A stretch of 33,980 nt of DNA from Chlamydiota bacterium (GTDB taxonomy: Bacteria > Auribacterota > UBA3054 > B51-G9). Made by a program: the position numbers and the translations under genes. The DNA lies in contig QMOL01000002.1 in the NCBI GenBank assembly GCA_003648225.1, positions 1-33,980 on the forward strand, read 5' to 3'. This document shows, in pieces, positions 33,789 to 33,980 of this stretch. Positions within the stretch are counted from its first letter, which is position 1. Each line of letters starts with the position of its first letter. The notes below the pieces were generated by a model. That model was given only the letters and a program-made list of their open reading frames with translations. It searched no databases and had not been told where the DNA came from.

Positions 33789-33980
33789 ATGTCTGAAAAA
33801 GCTTTAATTGTTATTCCTACTTATAATGAAAAAGATAACGTTGAAAAATTATCAACAATTCTTACCTCAACTTACGATAACGTTGATATATTATTCGTAG
33901 ATGATGGATCCCCGGACGGAACAGGAGAGATCATTGATAGCCTCATTGCTGCGAATGATAAAATAAACGTGATTCACAGA
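33789..33980 (+). CDS. GT2 glycosyltransferase, polyprenol-phosphate mannosyltransferase-like (N-terminal 64 codons, runs off the window)
   Basis: Reads [21 protein letters not shown]...[23 protein letters not shown] and DDGSPDGT are GT2 / Dpm1-like hallmarks. Confidence 0.75.

Overview
AT-rich bacterial window; I cannot assign a taxon. The two ends are housekeeping. At 1-10.9 kb, on the minus strand, lie carB (partial), purH, a YkgJ-type Cys-cluster gene and purM. They are followed by a divergent single-polypeptide flavodiiron-rubredoxin-NROR oxidoreductase, cca and a DUF362 protein. At 26.6-34 kb lie tRNA-Arg(TCT), a small secreted protein, a four-helix-bundle (23S IVS-type) gene, proC, a RACo-like 2Fe-2S/ASKHA protein, tldD, a B12-binding radical SAM protein and a GT2 (partial). 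The centre (11.1-26.3 kb, all minus strand) looks accessory and is the best candidate for an undescribed system. It starts with an ECF sigma and a detached putative anti-sigma. Next come a signal-peptide-bearing TPR-CHAT caspase-like protease (with an ECF-type promoter candidate) and a small XRE regulator. Twelve consecutive exported proteins or lipoproteins follow, none with a recognisable enzyme domain. They include a YcfL-like protein, three LpoB-like paralogs plus a fourth fused version, a TIGR04073-type protein, a TPR/glycine-zipper lipoprotein, a Cys-rich lipoprotein and a Gly-rich repeat protein with an (AKDK)n tail. Non-coding DNA is unusual throughout. Nearly every spacer carries 8-10 nt imperfect tandem arrays, and a ~130-150 nt spacer module recurs three times inside the lipoprotein cluster. 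A 19-nt perfect repeat and a GTCCCGAT/ATCGGGAC hairpin family also recur, there is a 37-nt periodic array upstream of the CHAT gene, and a GC-elevated hairpin-dense 300-nt island looks like a structured RNA. I saw no CRISPR array, transposase, integrase or rRNA. All family assignments come from motifs read by eye and need profile searches.
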